In this document: positions 8,049 to 19,645 of the stretch, in pieces
Layout: every line of letters begins with the position of its first letter
Numbering within the stretch: the stretch's first letter is position 1
From: Nitrospirota bacterium
GTDB lineage: Bacteria; Nitrospirota; Nitrospiria; SBBL01; JAADHI01
Assembly: GCA_029261135.1 (NCBI GenBank)
Contig: JAJDBX010000005.1
Location: 2,231 to 66,230 of the forward strand
Length of the DNA: 64,000 nt
Direction of reading: 5' to 3'
Translations under genes and position numbers: made by a program
The notes under the pieces: model-generated
Seen by the model: only the letters and a program-made list of their open reading frames with translations
Database searches by the model: none
What the model was told of the DNA's origin: nothing

Positions 8049-10046
8049 TCACCGTTCTTCGAGAATCTCCATTTCATTAAGTCGTTTGATTTGATCTCTT
8101 ATGGTCGCTGCACGCTCATATTCCAAAAGCCGGGCGGCTTCGCGCATTTCACGTTCAAGTGATTTAATCTGTTTGAGTCGCTCTTTCCGTGGGATGTATA
8201 GGGTTTGTGATTCTGATACGACCTCAGTTGTGAGGTTCCTTCCGTAGGCTTCCTCTCGTAATCCAATCGGGATTTTTTTAATGATAGATTCAGGGGTAAT
8301 GTGGTTTTCCTGGTTGTGGCGAAGTTGGATGATCCGACGGCGATTGGTTTCATCTATCGCCGTCTGCATCGACTGCGTGATCCGATCGGCATAAAAAATC
8401 ACCTGCCCCGAGGCATTACGTGCGGCCCGTCCTGCGGTTTGAATCAATGACCGATGAGATCGGAGGAAGCCTTCTTTGTCTGCATCAAGCACAGCAACCA
8501 AAGAAACCTCCGGCAAATCCAATCCTTCACGCAAAAGGTTGATCCCCACAAGCACATCAAATTTCCCAATACGCAGTTCTCGAATCACTTCCATCCGCTC
8601 AATGGTTTTAATGTCAGAATGAAGATATCGGACTTGAACCCCAATTTCCTCGTAATATTCAGTGAGGTCTTCCGCCATACGTTTCGTAAGCGTCGTCACC
8701 AAAACGCGTTCTGAGCGTGCGGCACACAGGCGAATTTCTTCGAGTAAATCATCGACTTGTCCTTTAGCAGGCCGAACCTTAATTTCAGGATCCAATAATC
8801 CAGTCGGACGAATCACCTGCTCAATCACTTTTCCTTTAGATCGCTCCAGTTCATAAGTTCCGGGGGTGGCAGAAACATAAATCGTCTGATGCATGAATTT
8901 CTCGAACTCTTCAAATTGAAGAGGGCGATTGTCAAAGGCCGAAGGGAGGCGAAAACCATAATCAATCAGGTTTTTTTTTCGCGCATGATCTCCTTTATAC
9001 ATGCCGCCCACTTGCGGAACACTCGCATGGCTTTCATCAATGACAAGCAAAAAATCTTTTGGAAAATAATCGAGTAGAGTCGGCGGCGCTTCTCCGGGTT
9101 GTCTGCCAGAAAAATGTCGTGAGTAATTTTCAATGCCCTGGCAGTAGCCGATCTCTCGAATCATTTCTAAATCAAATCCGGTACGTTGTTCAATCCGTTG
9201 TGCCTCTAAGTGCATGTTCCGGGCTTTGAAATACTGAATACGTTCCTGCAAACCGGCTTCGATTTCCGCAAGCGCTTTTTCAATACGCTCCGGCAGGATG
9301 ACATAATGGCTGCCGGGATAAATGGCGATTTTAGGCAAGCGTCGTATCACTGTGCCCCGAAGTGAATCGATTTCATAAATTGCGTCAACGGTATCACCAA
9401 AAAATTCGATTCGAATGGCACTGGCATCCGATGCAGCAGGAAAGACTTCGACCCGGTCTCCGCGAACACGAAAGGTGCCGCGATGAAAATCAAAATCATT
9501 ACGTTCGTACTGAATTTCGACCAGTTTTTTGAGAACGGCGTCACGCTCAATCTCTGAGCCTTCTTCAAGGTAAACCAACATGCCGTGATAGGCTTCGGGA
9601 GATCCCAAGCCATAAATACAGGAGACCGAGGCAACGATGATAATATCGTTTCGCTCCAAAAGAGCAGAGGTGGCGGCGTGGCGCATTCGGTCAATCGCAT
9701 CATTGATAGAAGCATCTTTTTCAATCAGGGTGTCTGTGTGAGGGATGTAGGCTTCCGGCTGATAATAATCATAGTAACTGACAAAGTATTCAACCGCGTT
9801 CTCCGGGAAAAAGTCTTTAAACTCACGATAAAGTTGGGCCGCCAAAGTTTTATTGTGCGCAAGAACCAAGGTCGGGGTTTGGACCTGTTCGATGACATTG
9901 GCGAGGGTAAAGGTTTTTCCAGAGCCGGTGACACCCAGAAGCACTTGATGGGCATCGCCTCGATAAAACCCTTCGCACAAGGCTTGTATCGCCTTGGGTT
10001 GATCTCCCTGAGGGGAAAAATGAGATGAAATTTTAAATTGAACCAT
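8049..10046 (-). CDS. uvrB: Excinuclease ABC subunit B
   Basis: [41 protein letters not shown]-terminal UVR domain. Confidence 0.98.
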   Translation of the reverse strand: MVQFKISSHFSPQGDQPKAIQALCEGFYRGDAHQVLLGVTGSGKTFTLANVIEQVQTPTLVLAHNKTLAAQLYREFKDFFPENAVEYFVSYYDYYQPEAYIPHTDTLIEKDASINDAIDRMRHAATSALLERNDIIIVASVSCIYGLGSPEAYHGMLVYLEEGSEIERDAVLKKLVEIQYERNDFDFHRGTFRVRGDRVEVFPAASDASAIRIEFFGDTVDAIYEIDSLRGTVIRRLPKIAIYPGSHYVILPERIEKALAEIEAGLQERIQYFKARNMHLEAQRIEQRTGFDLEMIREIGYCQGIENYSRHFSGRQPGEAPPTLLDYFPKDFLLVIDESHASVPQVGGMYKGDHARKKNLIDYGFRLPSAFDNRPLQFEEFEKFMHQTIYVSATPGTYELERSKGKVIEQVIRPTGLLDPEIKVRPAKGQVDDLLEEIRLCAARSERVLVTTLTKRMAEDLTEYYEEIGVQVRYLHSDIKTIERMEVIRELRIGKFDVLVGINLLREGLDLPEVSLVAVLDADKEGFLRSHRSLIQTAGRAARNASGQVIFYADRITQSMQTAIDETNRRRIIQLRHNQENHITPESIIKKIPIGLREEAYGRNLTTEVVSESQTLYIPRKERLKQIKSLEREMREAARLLEYERAATIRDQIKRLNEMEILEER

Positions 10047-10379
10047 CGCTACAGACCTTTAAGTGCTAGAAATATAACATAAAAAGGATCACTTTAGCCT
10101 TCGAGGACTTTAATCAAACCTTGACTTTCCTAGAGATTTCGTAGATAATTCTCCTTCTCAACAATATTACTATTGTATGAACTAGCAGGAAATTATATAT
10201 ATTTTCATTGATCTTATTGGAGGATTCCGGGAATTTTATAAAACAGGCTTCACTGCTTCAACATAATGTCAATCTGCCCAAGCCCTCCTTGCCACACTGA
10301 AATGCATTCATGCCGTTTTATAGATATAGTTGACCAAGACGTCTTAATTAGCAGTTTACTGACTTGCTAAGGGTTTTTT

Positions 10380-12395
10380 ATGTTGAAAGAACAGGACTTA
10401 TCACAAGAAAATTGGTATCACGTTCAAAAATCCCTCTCTTCGCTTTGTGGGTTTTCTCTTTTTATCTATGATCCGAAACGAAAAAGAGCCTGTACCCCGG
10501 TCACAAACGAAAACAGTGCTTGTCTGCTCGTTCATGAAATTGGACGAGACTTCCCCTGCGACGAGGCCTATGACGAAAATGTTCGTATTGCCCTCGAATC
10601 ACAAGAAATCCTGTTTTACAAATGCCAGGCAAACCTCAACTATTTCGTTATCCCGATTAAAATCAATCATGATGTCCGTTATGCCATCATTGGAGGACAA
10701 AGCTATTTCTCCTCTGCAGATGTCACAGGTTTTCGTGAGAAGGCGATGAAATGGGGAATCTCATCAAAAAAGCTCCACGATGCGCTAGAAAAGAATAAGA
10801 TTTCCAGAGAAGATTCCCAGCTTAAGCGTGCAAGTGATCTTCAAGCCATCGGGACAATATTAATTGAGAGTGTTCACTACCAAAACCAATATCGATTAAA
10901 GGCCACTTATTTAAGAAAACTGACGGACATTGCGAATCAGTTTAAAAATGACCCCTCCCCTTCAACTCATTACGGAACACTACTGAGTTCTTTGGGCATT
11001 CTTTTTGATTTAGAATCTGCTTCTGTTTTTAAGCAATATTTTGATGATAGAAATGATCGAGAGGTGGCTTCTTTTGGAAAAGTAGCTCCGGGTTTTGATA
11101 CCTCGGGCCTTTTTTTGGGTTTGTTACTCGATGGGACGCAAGACGAAGAGCACCCAACCGTCGTAAAAGATCCTGGGGAACTCCATGAGGCGGGCTTCCC
11201 TATTGGCATGCGCTCATGTGCTCTTTTCCCACTTTCACAGAATGCTCATACCAAAACAACCCTTGCCATTTTTAACACCCACTTATCCGATGACGAAACT
11301 GAAATGATCATGACCTTTTGCCTGCAAGCCGGGGTCGGACTCGAAACAGTGGAATTGCGGAGACAAATTTTACAACAAAGAAAAACGGTTCAGTCACTTT
11401 CAGCTTTAACCTCTTTTAATTTTCATCTCAAAGAGGACGCGCTCTACAAAAACTTGCTTGAGCAGACGACACAGTTGCTAAATGCAGAACAGGGTTCACT
11501 CATGGTTTTTGACGATATAAAAGAAGAACTTTCAGTGATGGCCATGACAGACGTGAGTCCTGCACTATACTCTCTTTTCAATAAAAAACTGGGTGAGGGT
11601 ATTGCGGGTCAGGTCTGTCAGTCTGGGTCGCCACTACTTGTCGAGAACATCTTAGCCGATACAAGGGTGACCCACGTTCCGCGCTCAAGATATAAAACAC
11701 CCTCTTTCTTGAGTGTACCGCTGATTAAAAATGACCAACCGATGGGCGTCGTCAGTATCGCGGATAAGATCGGGGGGCACCGTTTTACCGAGGAAGATTT
11801 GAGCCTATTAAGAGCGATGGGTAGCTTCCTGACGATGGCCATTGAACGATCTCATCTTTATTCAACCACTGAAACACTCAAAGAAATCTCCATTACCGAT
11901 TCTCTAACTGGACTTTTAAACCGAAGTTATTTTTATGAACGCTTGACCGAGGAAATTGAGCGAACGAAACGGCATGGCCTGCCCACCTGTCTCATCATGC
12001 TTGATATCGATAATTTTAAAATGGTGAACGATACTTACGGACACCAGGTGGGGGATGAAGTCCTAAAATGGCTGAGCCAGCTCCTGAGAAATACCATCCG
12101 AACCATCGACGTGGCTTCGCGTTATGGTGGGGAAGAATTTACGGTCATCCTCCCCAACACCACGAAAGAGGATGCCCGCATCATCGCCGAGCGTACCTGC
12201 TCGGCCATTGCAAAAAGAAGCAGTCTTCAAAAAAAAATCCCTCAATTGAGCCGTTTGACTGTCAGTGTTGGTCTCGCGAGTTTCCCGGAGGATGCTTCAT
12301 CCATTCATGAACTGATCAACCACACCGATAAAGCCCTTTACCAAGCCAAACACCTCGGCAAAAACAAGGTCGTTGTATACAAAAAACCACGTTAA
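10380..12395 (+). CDS. Diguanylate cyclase with PocR-like sensor and GAF domains
   Basis: N-terminal PocR-like Cys pattern, GAF (GEGIAG..SFLSVPL), DSLTGLLNR, NDTYGHQVGD, RTID I-site, GGEEF. Confidence 0.9.
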   Translation: MLKEQDLSQENWYHVQKSLSSLCGFSLFIYDPKRKRACTPVTNENSACLLVHEIGRDFPCDEAYDENVRIALESQEILFYKCQANLNYFVIPIKINHDVRYAIIGGQSYFSSADVTGFREKAMKWGISSKKLHDALEKNKISREDSQLKRASDLQAIGTILIESVHYQNQYRLKATYLRKLTDIANQFKNDPSPSTHYGTLLSSLGILFDLESASVFKQYFDDRNDREVASFGKVAPGFDTSGLFLGLLLDGTQDEEHPTVVKDPGELHEAGFPIGMRSCALFPLSQNAHTKTTLAIFNTHLSDDETEMIMTFCLQAGVGLETVELRRQILQQRKTVQSLSALTSFNFHLKEDALYKNLLEQTTQLLNAEQGSLMVFDDIKEELSVMAMTDVSPALYSLFNKKLGEGIAGQVCQSGSPLLVENILADTRVTHVPRSRYKTPSFLSVPLIKNDQPMGVVSIADKIGGHRFTEEDLSLLRAMGSFLTMAIERSHLYSTTETLKEISITDSLTGLLNRSYFYERLTEEIERTKRHGLPTCLIMLDIDNFKMVNDTYGHQVGDEVLKWLSQLLRNTIRTIDVASRYGGEEFTVILPNTTKEDARIIAERTCSAIAKRSSLQKKIPQLSRLTVSVGLASFPEDASSIHELINHTDKALYQAKHLGKNKVVVYKKPR

Positions 12396-12400
12396 CCATT

Positions 12401-13270
12401 TTATTCCGCGTTGATGCTGCCACTTCGTATTATGTGGAGGTCGCGTTGTGGAAAGGGGATTTCTACCCCGTTTTCTTTCAGCTTTTTAAAAATCTCATAA
12501 TTGAGTTCACTGCGAAGAATGATCGGCCTTTCGGTGTAGGTTTTTGTCCAAATCCGTAACAAAAAGTTGAGCGAACTTTCTCCAAAATCGTCCAAAAGCA
12601 CTTGGGGTTTCGGTTGATCAAGCACGCCTGGATGCGCTGCGGCAACTGCCAAGAGTAACTCTCGCACGAATTCAGGGTCTGAGCCGTATGAGACGCCGAC
12701 AGGAATGCTACGGCGCACCAGGCGGTCTGTATGGCTCCAATTGATGACGGTTGATGAGATGAAATCTGAATTGGGCACGATGATTGAGATATTTTCATTT
12801 GTGACAATCGTTGTTGCGCGGGGAGAGATGTTGACCACGTCACCCAAAATATCATTGACCTCGATACGGTCTCCGACTTTGATGGGTCGTTCAAACAAAA
12901 TAATAATGCCGCTCACAAAATTACTGGTGATACTCTGAAGACCAAAACCCACACCGATTCCCAAGGCGCCCGCCAGAACCGTAATAGCGCTCAAATCGAC
13001 CCCTGCAGATTGCAGGATCATCAAAAAGCCGATTGAGATGACCGCATAGCGGATAATCGAACCGGTCGCTTCACTGATGCCCACATCAATATTTTGCCTC
13101 ACTTTAAGCCCTTGGACAATCCAGGACTTCATCTTGCCCGTCAGATAAAAAAGAAGTGTGACCAAGAGAACAATATAGATAATGGACCACAAGGTAAATT
13201 GGGTTTTGCCTAAGACAAAAAGGGTGATATTGAGGAAATCTCGCAGTTGTCTAAAAAAAGCTTGGATCAT
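12401..13270 (-). CDS. Small-conductance mechanosensitive channel (MscS family)
   Basis: GALGIGVGFGLQ, ERPIKVGD, IVPNS, VGVSYGSD, EIPFPQRD. Confidence 0.92.
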   Translation of the reverse strand: MIQAFFRQLRDFLNITLFVLGKTQFTLWSIIYIVLLVTLLFYLTGKMKSWIVQGLKVRQNIDVGISEATGSIIRYAVISIGFLMILQSAGVDLSAITVLAGALGIGVGFGLQSITSNFVSGIIILFERPIKVGDRIEVNDILGDVVNISPRATTIVTNENISIIVPNSDFISSTVINWSHTDRLVRRSIPVGVSYGSDPEFVRELLLAVAAAHPGVLDQPKPQVLLDDFGESSLNFLLRIWTKTYTERPIILRSELNYEIFKKLKENGVEIPFPQRDLHIIRSGSINAE

Positions 13271-13547
13271 TTTTTCTCCAGGAAGAGAGGGTCATGTTTC
13301 AATGAAATGAAACAATTATACCTAAATGACAAAAAACAGGAAAGCTTTTCAGTCCGGATTGATCAAAGTTTGTTTTTTTGAATCTTCCATCGCAGGACTT
13401 CAAAGTGCTACGATTATAACTCAATAGGAAGTGAATACTTTATTTTCCCTATGTATTGGGACATACATCTGTTTCCCTGCGATCAAAGTATCATGATGTG
13501 GAAATCATGCTAGAGTTTAGAACGGATCAGTGATATTGGAGGATCGC

Positions 13548-14282
13548 ATGGAAAAATCACTCAATACAAAAAAACGATCTCATAAAAAACTTTTTATTAT
13601 AGGCATCCTTGCCCTTGGCATCGCTGGCTTTTTCTTTTTTGACCTCGGGAAATATGTGACGCTTGAAGTACTTAAAGACAATAAAGACGCCTTAAAAATC
13701 TATGCAAATGAAAATTATCTCTTCACCGTGTTTCTTTTTATTCTGGTTTACACAGCCCAAACGGCCTTGTCTTTACCGGGTGCGACAATATTAACCTTAG
13801 CCGGGGGATTTTTATTCGGCAGCTTTCTCGGAGCTTTATTTGTGAATATCGGGGCAACATCCGGGGCAGCGCTTGCTTTTATGGCGGCCCGCTATCTTTT
13901 TCGCGATAGCTTGGAACGTAAATTTGGAAACCGCTTGTCTGCGATTCAAGAGGGATTTGAAAATAATGGGTTTAATTATTTGCTGACCCTGCGGCTTATT
14001 CCACTTTTCCCATTTTTTCTCGTCAACCTCGCTGCTGGCATGACGCGCCTGGAGCTTTCAACCTACATACTTGCTACCGCCATTGGTATTTTTCCCGCAA
14101 GCCTAGTTTTTACCAATGCTGGGAAGCAGCTGGGAAGCATCAATGCCTTGGGAGATATCGCCTCTCCCGGCGTACTGGGTGCTTTTGCCCTCTTGGGCTT
14201 ACTCGCAATGCTTCCCGTGCTCTACCATAAATTGAAGAAACCGACTGCTGCAAAGCCGAAAATTCATATCGCAAAACCATAA
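13548..14282 (+). CDS. TVP38/TMEM64 (DedA-superfamily) membrane protein
   Basis: SLPGATILTLAGGFLFG, LRLIPLFPFFLVN; SD GGAGG before ATG 13548. Confidence 0.88.
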   Translation: MEKSLNTKKRSHKKLFIIGILALGIAGFFFFDLGKYVTLEVLKDNKDALKIYANENYLFTVFLFILVYTAQTALSLPGATILTLAGGFLFGSFLGALFVNIGATSGAALAFMAARYLFRDSLERKFGNRLSAIQEGFENNGFNYLLTLRLIPLFPFFLVNLAAGMTRLELSTYILATAIGIFPASLVFTNAGKQLGSINALGDIASPGVLGAFALLGLLAMLPVLYHKLKKPTAAKPKIHIAKP

Positions 14283-14297
14283 ACAGACGGGGGATTT

Positions 14298-15743
14298 ATG
14301 AAGGTATTTGATTTAATCGTTATTGGCGGCGGCGCTGCGGGTTTGGTCACCGCAAGTGGCGCAGCGCAACTGGGTGCAAAAGTGGCGCTGATCGAAAAAG
14401 ACAAACTGGGTGGAGAATGTCTTTGGACGGGCTGTGTCCCCAGTAAAGCTTTAATCGAAGCAGCGCGGACAAAACGTCGTATCGATCTCTCCCGTAAAGA
14501 GGGTTTTGATATGGGGGAGGTTCAAGTCGATTTTGCCAGGGTGATGGATCATGTACACGAAACCATTATGACAATTGAGCCGCACGATAATCCTGAGCGA
14601 TTTAGAAAAATGGGCATCACCGTGATAGAGGGGCATGCCACATTCACAGGTCATGACCGGATTGAAGTCAATGGCGAAACGCTCGTCGGCGGCCGATTTT
14701 GTATTGCAACAGGGGGAAGTGTCTTTGTCCCCCCAATTGAAGGGATCAACAATGTAAGTGTTATGACACACGAAAATTTTTTCAATATTCGAAAGCAACC
14801 CAAACATTTAATTGTGATTGGCGCAGGACCGATCGGTTGTGAACTGGGGCAATCCATGGCACGCCTGGGAAGCCAAGTCACCCTGGTTGAAACCTTCGAT
14901 TGTGTCTTACATAACGATGACAAAGAACTCGCCTGCATGCTACATGCTTACCTGGATGAAGAGATTACCATCCATATCAGTACACGGGCCATGAAAGTCG
15001 AAGAAAAAGAAGGCACGATCCGACTAACCTGTCAGCGTGGAGATGAATCGTTTGTTGTTGAAGGAGATATGCTCTTATTGGCCACAGGCAAACGTGCCCG
15101 CACAACCAACATGGGCCTTGAGCTTGCCGGGGTGAGGGTAGAGAAAAATAGTCTTCAAGTAGACGCCTCGCTGCGCACAACAAATCCTAGAATTTTTGCC
15201 TGTGGCGACGTGGCTGGGCCTTATTTATTTACACATATGGCAGAATATCAGGCTGGGATTGTCATCAGTAATGCCTTGATTCCGCTCATGAATCGGAAAG
15301 TCTCTTATGACGTGGTCCCGTGGGCGACCTATACGGATCCAGAGTTAGCCCATGTCGGGCTTTCTGAATCCGCGGCAATCGCACAGTTTGGCAAAGAAAA
15401 TATTTCCATTTTTCGTTATTCAGTCAAAGAAAATGACCGCCATATTATCGAAGGTGCGACCAAAGGGATGGTCAAGCTGGTCACAAAATCAAATGGGAAA
15501 ATACTGGGTTGTGATATTTTAGGGGCGAATGCTGGTGACTTGATCCACGAATATGCTTTGGCAATTAAAAAAGGGCTTTCGGTCGGATCGGTTTCAGGCA
15601 CGATCCACGCCTATCCGACCCTTGCTCAAGCCAATAAGCGGGCCAGTGATCAATATTATGCAGAAAAGATCTTTAAAGGGAGGATTCCAAAAGTGGTCAA
15701 GTGGTGGTTGGAAAAAGTGCGTCCGAAGGGGGAAGTTTTATGA
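14298..15743 (+). CDS. FAD-dependent pyridine nucleotide-disulfide oxidoreductase (MerA/LPD-like)
   Basis: GGGAAG, redox CLWTGC, GAGPIG, HAYPT; lacks the MerA C-terminal Cys-Cys. Confidence 0.88.
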   Translation: MKVFDLIVIGGGAAGLVTASGAAQLGAKVALIEKDKLGGECLWTGCVPSKALIEAARTKRRIDLSRKEGFDMGEVQVDFARVMDHVHETIMTIEPHDNPERFRKMGITVIEGHATFTGHDRIEVNGETLVGGRFCIATGGSVFVPPIEGINNVSVMTHENFFNIRKQPKHLIVIGAGPIGCELGQSMARLGSQVTLVETFDCVLHNDDKELACMLHAYLDEEITIHISTRAMKVEEKEGTIRLTCQRGDESFVVEGDMLLLATGKRARTTNMGLELAGVRVEKNSLQVDASLRTTNPRIFACGDVAGPYLFTHMAEYQAGIVISNALIPLMNRKVSYDVVPWATYTDPELAHVGLSESAAIAQFGKENISIFRYSVKENDRHIIEGATKGMVKLVTKSNGKILGCDILGANAGDLIHEYALAIKKGLSVGSVSGTIHAYPTLAQANKRASDQYYAEKIFKGRIPKVVKWWLEKVRPKGEVL

Positions 15744-15761
15744 GATTAGAGCGGGTTGTTT

Positions 15762-16937
15762 ATGGAATTTGAAAATAGGCTCTCTGAGTCGGCGAAGCCT
15801 GAAGAGATTATTGAGGATTTAAGCATTGGCCCAACCGGTGAATATGACCTCGGGATCTTGTTTTTATCGCTCATGTCGCTTGCTGAAGTACAAGATATTG
15901 TTGAGGGACTACGGCAGAACATTTCAATTCGGGATTTACTGGTCACAACCTGCTCAGGAGTGATTGGCAGTGAAATCGAACTAGAGGATCAATCGGCCGC
16001 ATCATTCATGCTGGCGAAACTCCCCGGAGTGAACATTTCTCCTTTTTATCTCGATCAAGCACAATTAAAGCAAATGCCGGAACCCGCCGATTGGCAACAA
16101 TTTTTTAATGTTTTTCCCAATGAAAACCCCGCGTTTATTTTATTACCCGATCCCTTTCTGCTGGATATCAATCATTTCCTGAAAGGGATGAATGCAGCCT
16201 ATCCCGGTTGTCCTATCGCTGGCGGCTTGGCGAGTGGCGCAGATCAGCCCACAGGCAATACCTTGATGTTGGGGGATTCCTTTTACGAGCAGGGGATGGT
16301 GGGCGTGGTTTTGACCGGCGCCATTGAAATCAACACCGTTGTTTCTCAAGGTTGCCGACCAATTGGGGAAACCTACCTTGTGACCCGTGCGGAGCGTAAT
16401 GTGATTTTTGAGCTTGGTGGAAGACCTTTTACCGAAGTCTTGGAGGAGGTTGTCGCCAATGCCGATGCGCGTGATCAAGAACTGCTTCGGCAATCGATTT
16501 TTGTGGGCATTGCCATTGACGAGAAAAAATCCGAGTACAAACCGGGCGATTTTTTAATTCGAGGTTTAATGCGATTGGATCCCGAAAGCGGGACGGGATC
16601 GATTGGTGATGAAATTGACTCCGGACAACGGATTCAATTCCACGTTCGGGATCCGCAGTCGGCTGTTGAAGAATTACACGCTCTCTTGGAACATCAACAA
16701 AAAAGCATGCAAAATCGTAAACCCGAAGGGGCGCTCGTGTTTAGTTGCAGTGGCCGGGGAGAGCACCTTTTTGCACGCAGAAATCATGACATTGATACCA
16801 TTCAGCAGCATCTTGGGCCGGTGCCTGCGTCGGGGCTTTTTTGTGCGGGTGAGATTGGCTGTGTCGGCGATCAAAGTTTTTTACACGGTTTTACGAACAG
16901 CATGGTTTTATTTTATTCGCCCTTATCAGAAGAATGA
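15762..16937 (+). CDS. FIST N/C-domain signal transduction protein
   Basis: GGLASG, VSQGCRPIG, QFHVRD, FSCSGRG, GLFCAGEIG. Confidence 0.88.
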   Translation: MEFENRLSESAKPEEIIEDLSIGPTGEYDLGILFLSLMSLAEVQDIVEGLRQNISIRDLLVTTCSGVIGSEIELEDQSAASFMLAKLPGVNISPFYLDQAQLKQMPEPADWQQFFNVFPNENPAFILLPDPFLLDINHFLKGMNAAYPGCPIAGGLASGADQPTGNTLMLGDSFYEQGMVGVVLTGAIEINTVVSQGCRPIGETYLVTRAERNVIFELGGRPFTEVLEEVVANADARDQELLRQSIFVGIAIDEKKSEYKPGDFLIRGLMRLDPESGTGSIGDEIDSGQRIQFHVRDPQSAVEELHALLEHQQKSMQNRKPEGALVFSCSGRGEHLFARRNHDIDTIQQHLGPVPASGLFCAGEIGCVGDQSFLHGFTNSMVLFYSPLSEE

Positions 16938-17121
16938 AGGAAGAGCGGCACTTTTTTTGTGAACAGGTTACACATTGCATACCCACTCGATCCCTGCTAC
17001 AATTTCAAGCTATTTTTGACGACATCCACCTTTAGAAATATTATAGTCTATAATAAATCACTAGAGACACACGGCGGGTTTTTCGCCTTTATTTTTTATC
17101 ACCATTTTAAGGAGTCTGTTT

Positions 17122-18729
17122 TTGATTTCTACAGCAAATGTAACGATGCAGTTTGGGGCAAAGCCGCTTTTTGAACATGTTTCAGTCAAATTCGGTGACG
17201 GGAACCGCTATGGGTTAATCGGCGCGAATGGCGCCGGAAAATCAACTTTCATGAAAATTCTTTCGGGTGAATTGGACGCTTCTGCGGGGACAGTCGTGCT
17301 TGGCCCTAATCAGCGCTTGGGCAAACTGCGACAGGATCAATTTGCCTTCGAAGATCAGATGGTACTGGATGTCGTTATCATGGGGCAATCCGAGCTTTGG
17401 CGCATCAAAAAAGAACGGGAACGGATTTACGCCTTACCGGAAATGAGCGAAGAAGAAGGCATGAAAGTGGGCGATCTCGAAGCGGAGTTTGCCGAGATGG
17501 ATGGTTACACGGCAGAGTCCCGCGCAGGGGAGCTACTGTTGGGCCTTGGGATTCCTTTGGAGCAGCATGAAGGGCCGATGAACGCCGTGGCACCCGGTTG
17601 GAAACTGCGTGTGTTATTGGCACAGGCTTTATTTTCAGATCCAGATATTTTACTCCTGGATGAACCGACCAACCACCTTGATTTAAACGCTATTCGTTGG
17701 TTAGAAAACCTATTGAAAGAACGTGCTTCCACGATGGTGATCATTTCGCATGACCGTCATTTTTTAAACAGTGTCTGCACCCATATGGCCGATTTGGATT
17801 ACGGTGAAATCCGGATGTTCCCTGGAAATTATGATGAATATATGACGGCGGCAACGGCCGTGCGTGACCGATTGATGTCCAATAATGCGAAGAAAAAGGC
17901 CCAAATCGCCGAGTTACAAACCTTTGTGAGACGTTTTTCTGCCAATGCCTCGAAGGCACGACAGGCCACTTCACGTGCAAACCAAATTGAAAAGATTAAA
18001 CTCGAAGAAGTGAAACCTTCAAGCCGGGTTTATCCATTCCTACGGTTTGATCAGGATAAAAAACTGTATCGTTCCGTCGTCGAAGCCAGTGATTTGAGCA
18101 AATCTTATGATGCAGGACCGCTCTTTAAGGATTTAAACCTTACAATTGGTGTGGGCGAACGTATTGGCATTATAGGCCCCAACGGCATTGGAAAAACAAC
18201 CCTGCTTCGCACCCTTCTCCCAGAAGAAAATGTGGAAGGCTTAAGGCCGGATCATGGCGCAGTGAAATGGTCGGAAAATGCGAATGTCGGTTATTTCCCT
18301 CAAGACCACACCGATGATTTTAAAAAAGAGATGTCGCTCTTCGATTGGATGAATCAATGGCGGCAGGCCGGAGATGATGAGCAAGAAGTGCGAGCGACTT
18401 TAGGACGGCTCCTGTTCTCAAAAGGGGAAATGGATAAATCGGTGAAAGTGCTTTCAGGCGGCGAGCAGGGACGCATGCTGTTTGGAAAACTAATCCTTCA
18501 GCGACCAAATACTTTATTGATGGATGAACCGAGCAACCACCTTGACATGGAGTCCATCGAATCGCTCAACAGCGCACTGGAAAAGTTTCCGGGCACCTTG
18601 ATTTTTGTCAGCCATGACCGTGAATTCGTTTCTTCACTCGCAACACGAATTATCGAGATGACATCTGAGGGCATTGTGGACTATAATAACTCGTACGAGC
18701 ATTATCTCGAAAGCCAGGGGGTGGCTTAG
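17122..18729 (+). CDS. ybiT: ABC-F family ATPase (YbiT-like)
   Basis: [34 protein letters not shown], two NBDs, no membrane segments; TTG start with SD AAGGAG. Confidence 0.9.
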   Translation: MISTANVTMQFGAKPLFEHVSVKFGDGNRYGLIGANGAGKSTFMKILSGELDASAGTVVLGPNQRLGKLRQDQFAFEDQMVLDVVIMGQSELWRIKKERERIYALPEMSEEEGMKVGDLEAEFAEMDGYTAESRAGELLLGLGIPLEQHEGPMNAVAPGWKLRVLLAQALFSDPDILLLDEPTNHLDLNAIRWLENLLKERASTMVIISHDRHFLNSVCTHMADLDYGEIRMFPGNYDEYMTAATAVRDRLMSNNAKKKAQIAELQTFVRRFSANASKARQATSRANQIEKIKLEEVKPSSRVYPFLRFDQDKKLYRSVVEASDLSKSYDAGPLFKDLNLTIGVGERIGIIGPNGIGKTTLLRTLLPEENVEGLRPDHGAVKWSENANVGYFPQDHTDDFKKEMSLFDWMNQWRQAGDDEQEVRATLGRLLFSKGEMDKSVKVLSGGEQGRMLFGKLILQRPNTLLMDEPSNHLDMESIESLNSALEKFPGTLIFVSHDREFVSSLATRIIEMTSEGIVDYNNSYEHYLESQGVA

Positions 18730-18749
18730 GCCTATCATAGGGAGGGGAA

Positions 18750-18923
18750 ATGGCAAGACAAAATTATCAGTACGAAAAACGCCAAAAGGAAATTGCCAAG
18801 AAAAAAAAGAAAGAAGAAAAAAAACAACGTAAGCTCGAAGCCAAACAGTTAGAATCTCAAAAAAATCCTGACCAATTACCCGACGAAACACCAACTGATC
18901 TCAACATCGAAACGGTGGTCTGA
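18750..18923 (+). CDS. Small Lys/Glu-rich protein (57 aa), absent from the ORF track
   Basis: SD GGAGGGG then MARQNYQYEKRQKEIAKKKKKEEKKQRKLEAKQLESQKNPDQLPDETPTDLNIETVV*. Confidence 0.75.
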   Translation: MARQNYQYEKRQKEIAKKKKKEEKKQRKLEAKQLESQKNPDQLPDETPTDLNIETVV

Positions 18924-19043
18924 CCGACCTGCTTGACGCGGACGCAAGTGTTTTACTTATAATCGCGCTGATGATTAGAAAAGGCGCTTTTTTTTCTGTA
19001 AAATATGGATCGTCTTCTCGTCTAATCAAAGGGGCCGGGATTC

Positions 19044-19628
19044 ATGGATCAAAGCAATGACATCCAAAAGCTCGTGCAGCGAAAGCGGCGGCTTGTACGC
19101 CACTTGGGTAAAATGAAGTCCTCCCTGCCTGATCTCCTTGAGCACGCATTTGATCGATATTATGAAACCCAAACCCGCCTGTATATCAAAGCTGAGGGAA
19201 AGGCTTTCCGCTTTGAAGAACTCATTACGGGATTGGAGCGTGAGGTTGAGGATGTCGATGGCATGGGGAGCCTTCGGCTGGTAGCTGGGCGCGTGAATTA
19301 TGTCGCGGATCAGCTCGATGCGCTTGAATCAACGGTTTACAAACGGGCCCGTCAAAGACGTCGCATCGCGTTTAATCTGGCTGATTTTTTTGAAAAATTT
19401 TCAAATGGAAACAGTCCTTCCAAATCCCGACAGGAAGTTTCATCCCTTACAGAAGCCTACGAAATCTTAGATCTTGAAGAAGGATGCAGTTTATCTCAAA
19501 TCATGACTGCATTTCGAAAATTAGCCAAAAAATATCATCCCGATGCCCACGGGGGTGATCGAAGCAGTGAGGCAGAACTTCGGCGCGTCGTCGAGGCCTA
19601 CCAGGTGATCAAGGAATCCTTTGCGTAA
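19044..19628 (+). CDS. Protein with a C-terminal DnaJ (J) domain
   Basis: AYEILDL...FRKLAKKYHPD...VVEAYQVI; helical N-terminus. Confidence 0.85.
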   Translation: MDQSNDIQKLVQRKRRLVRHLGKMKSSLPDLLEHAFDRYYETQTRLYIKAEGKAFRFEELITGLEREVEDVDGMGSLRLVAGRVNYVADQLDALESTVYKRARQRRRIAFNLADFFEKFSNGNSPSKSRQEVSSLTEAYEILDLEEGCSLSQIMTAFRKLAKKYHPDAHGGDRSSEAELRRVVEAYQVIKESFA

Positions 19629-19645
19629 ACCATCACGCTGAAAAG

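Noticed and set aside
14298-15743. Mercuric reductase (merA) call
   Set aside because: No C-terminal Cys-Cys pair, no N-terminal metal-binding domain and no mer genes nearby.
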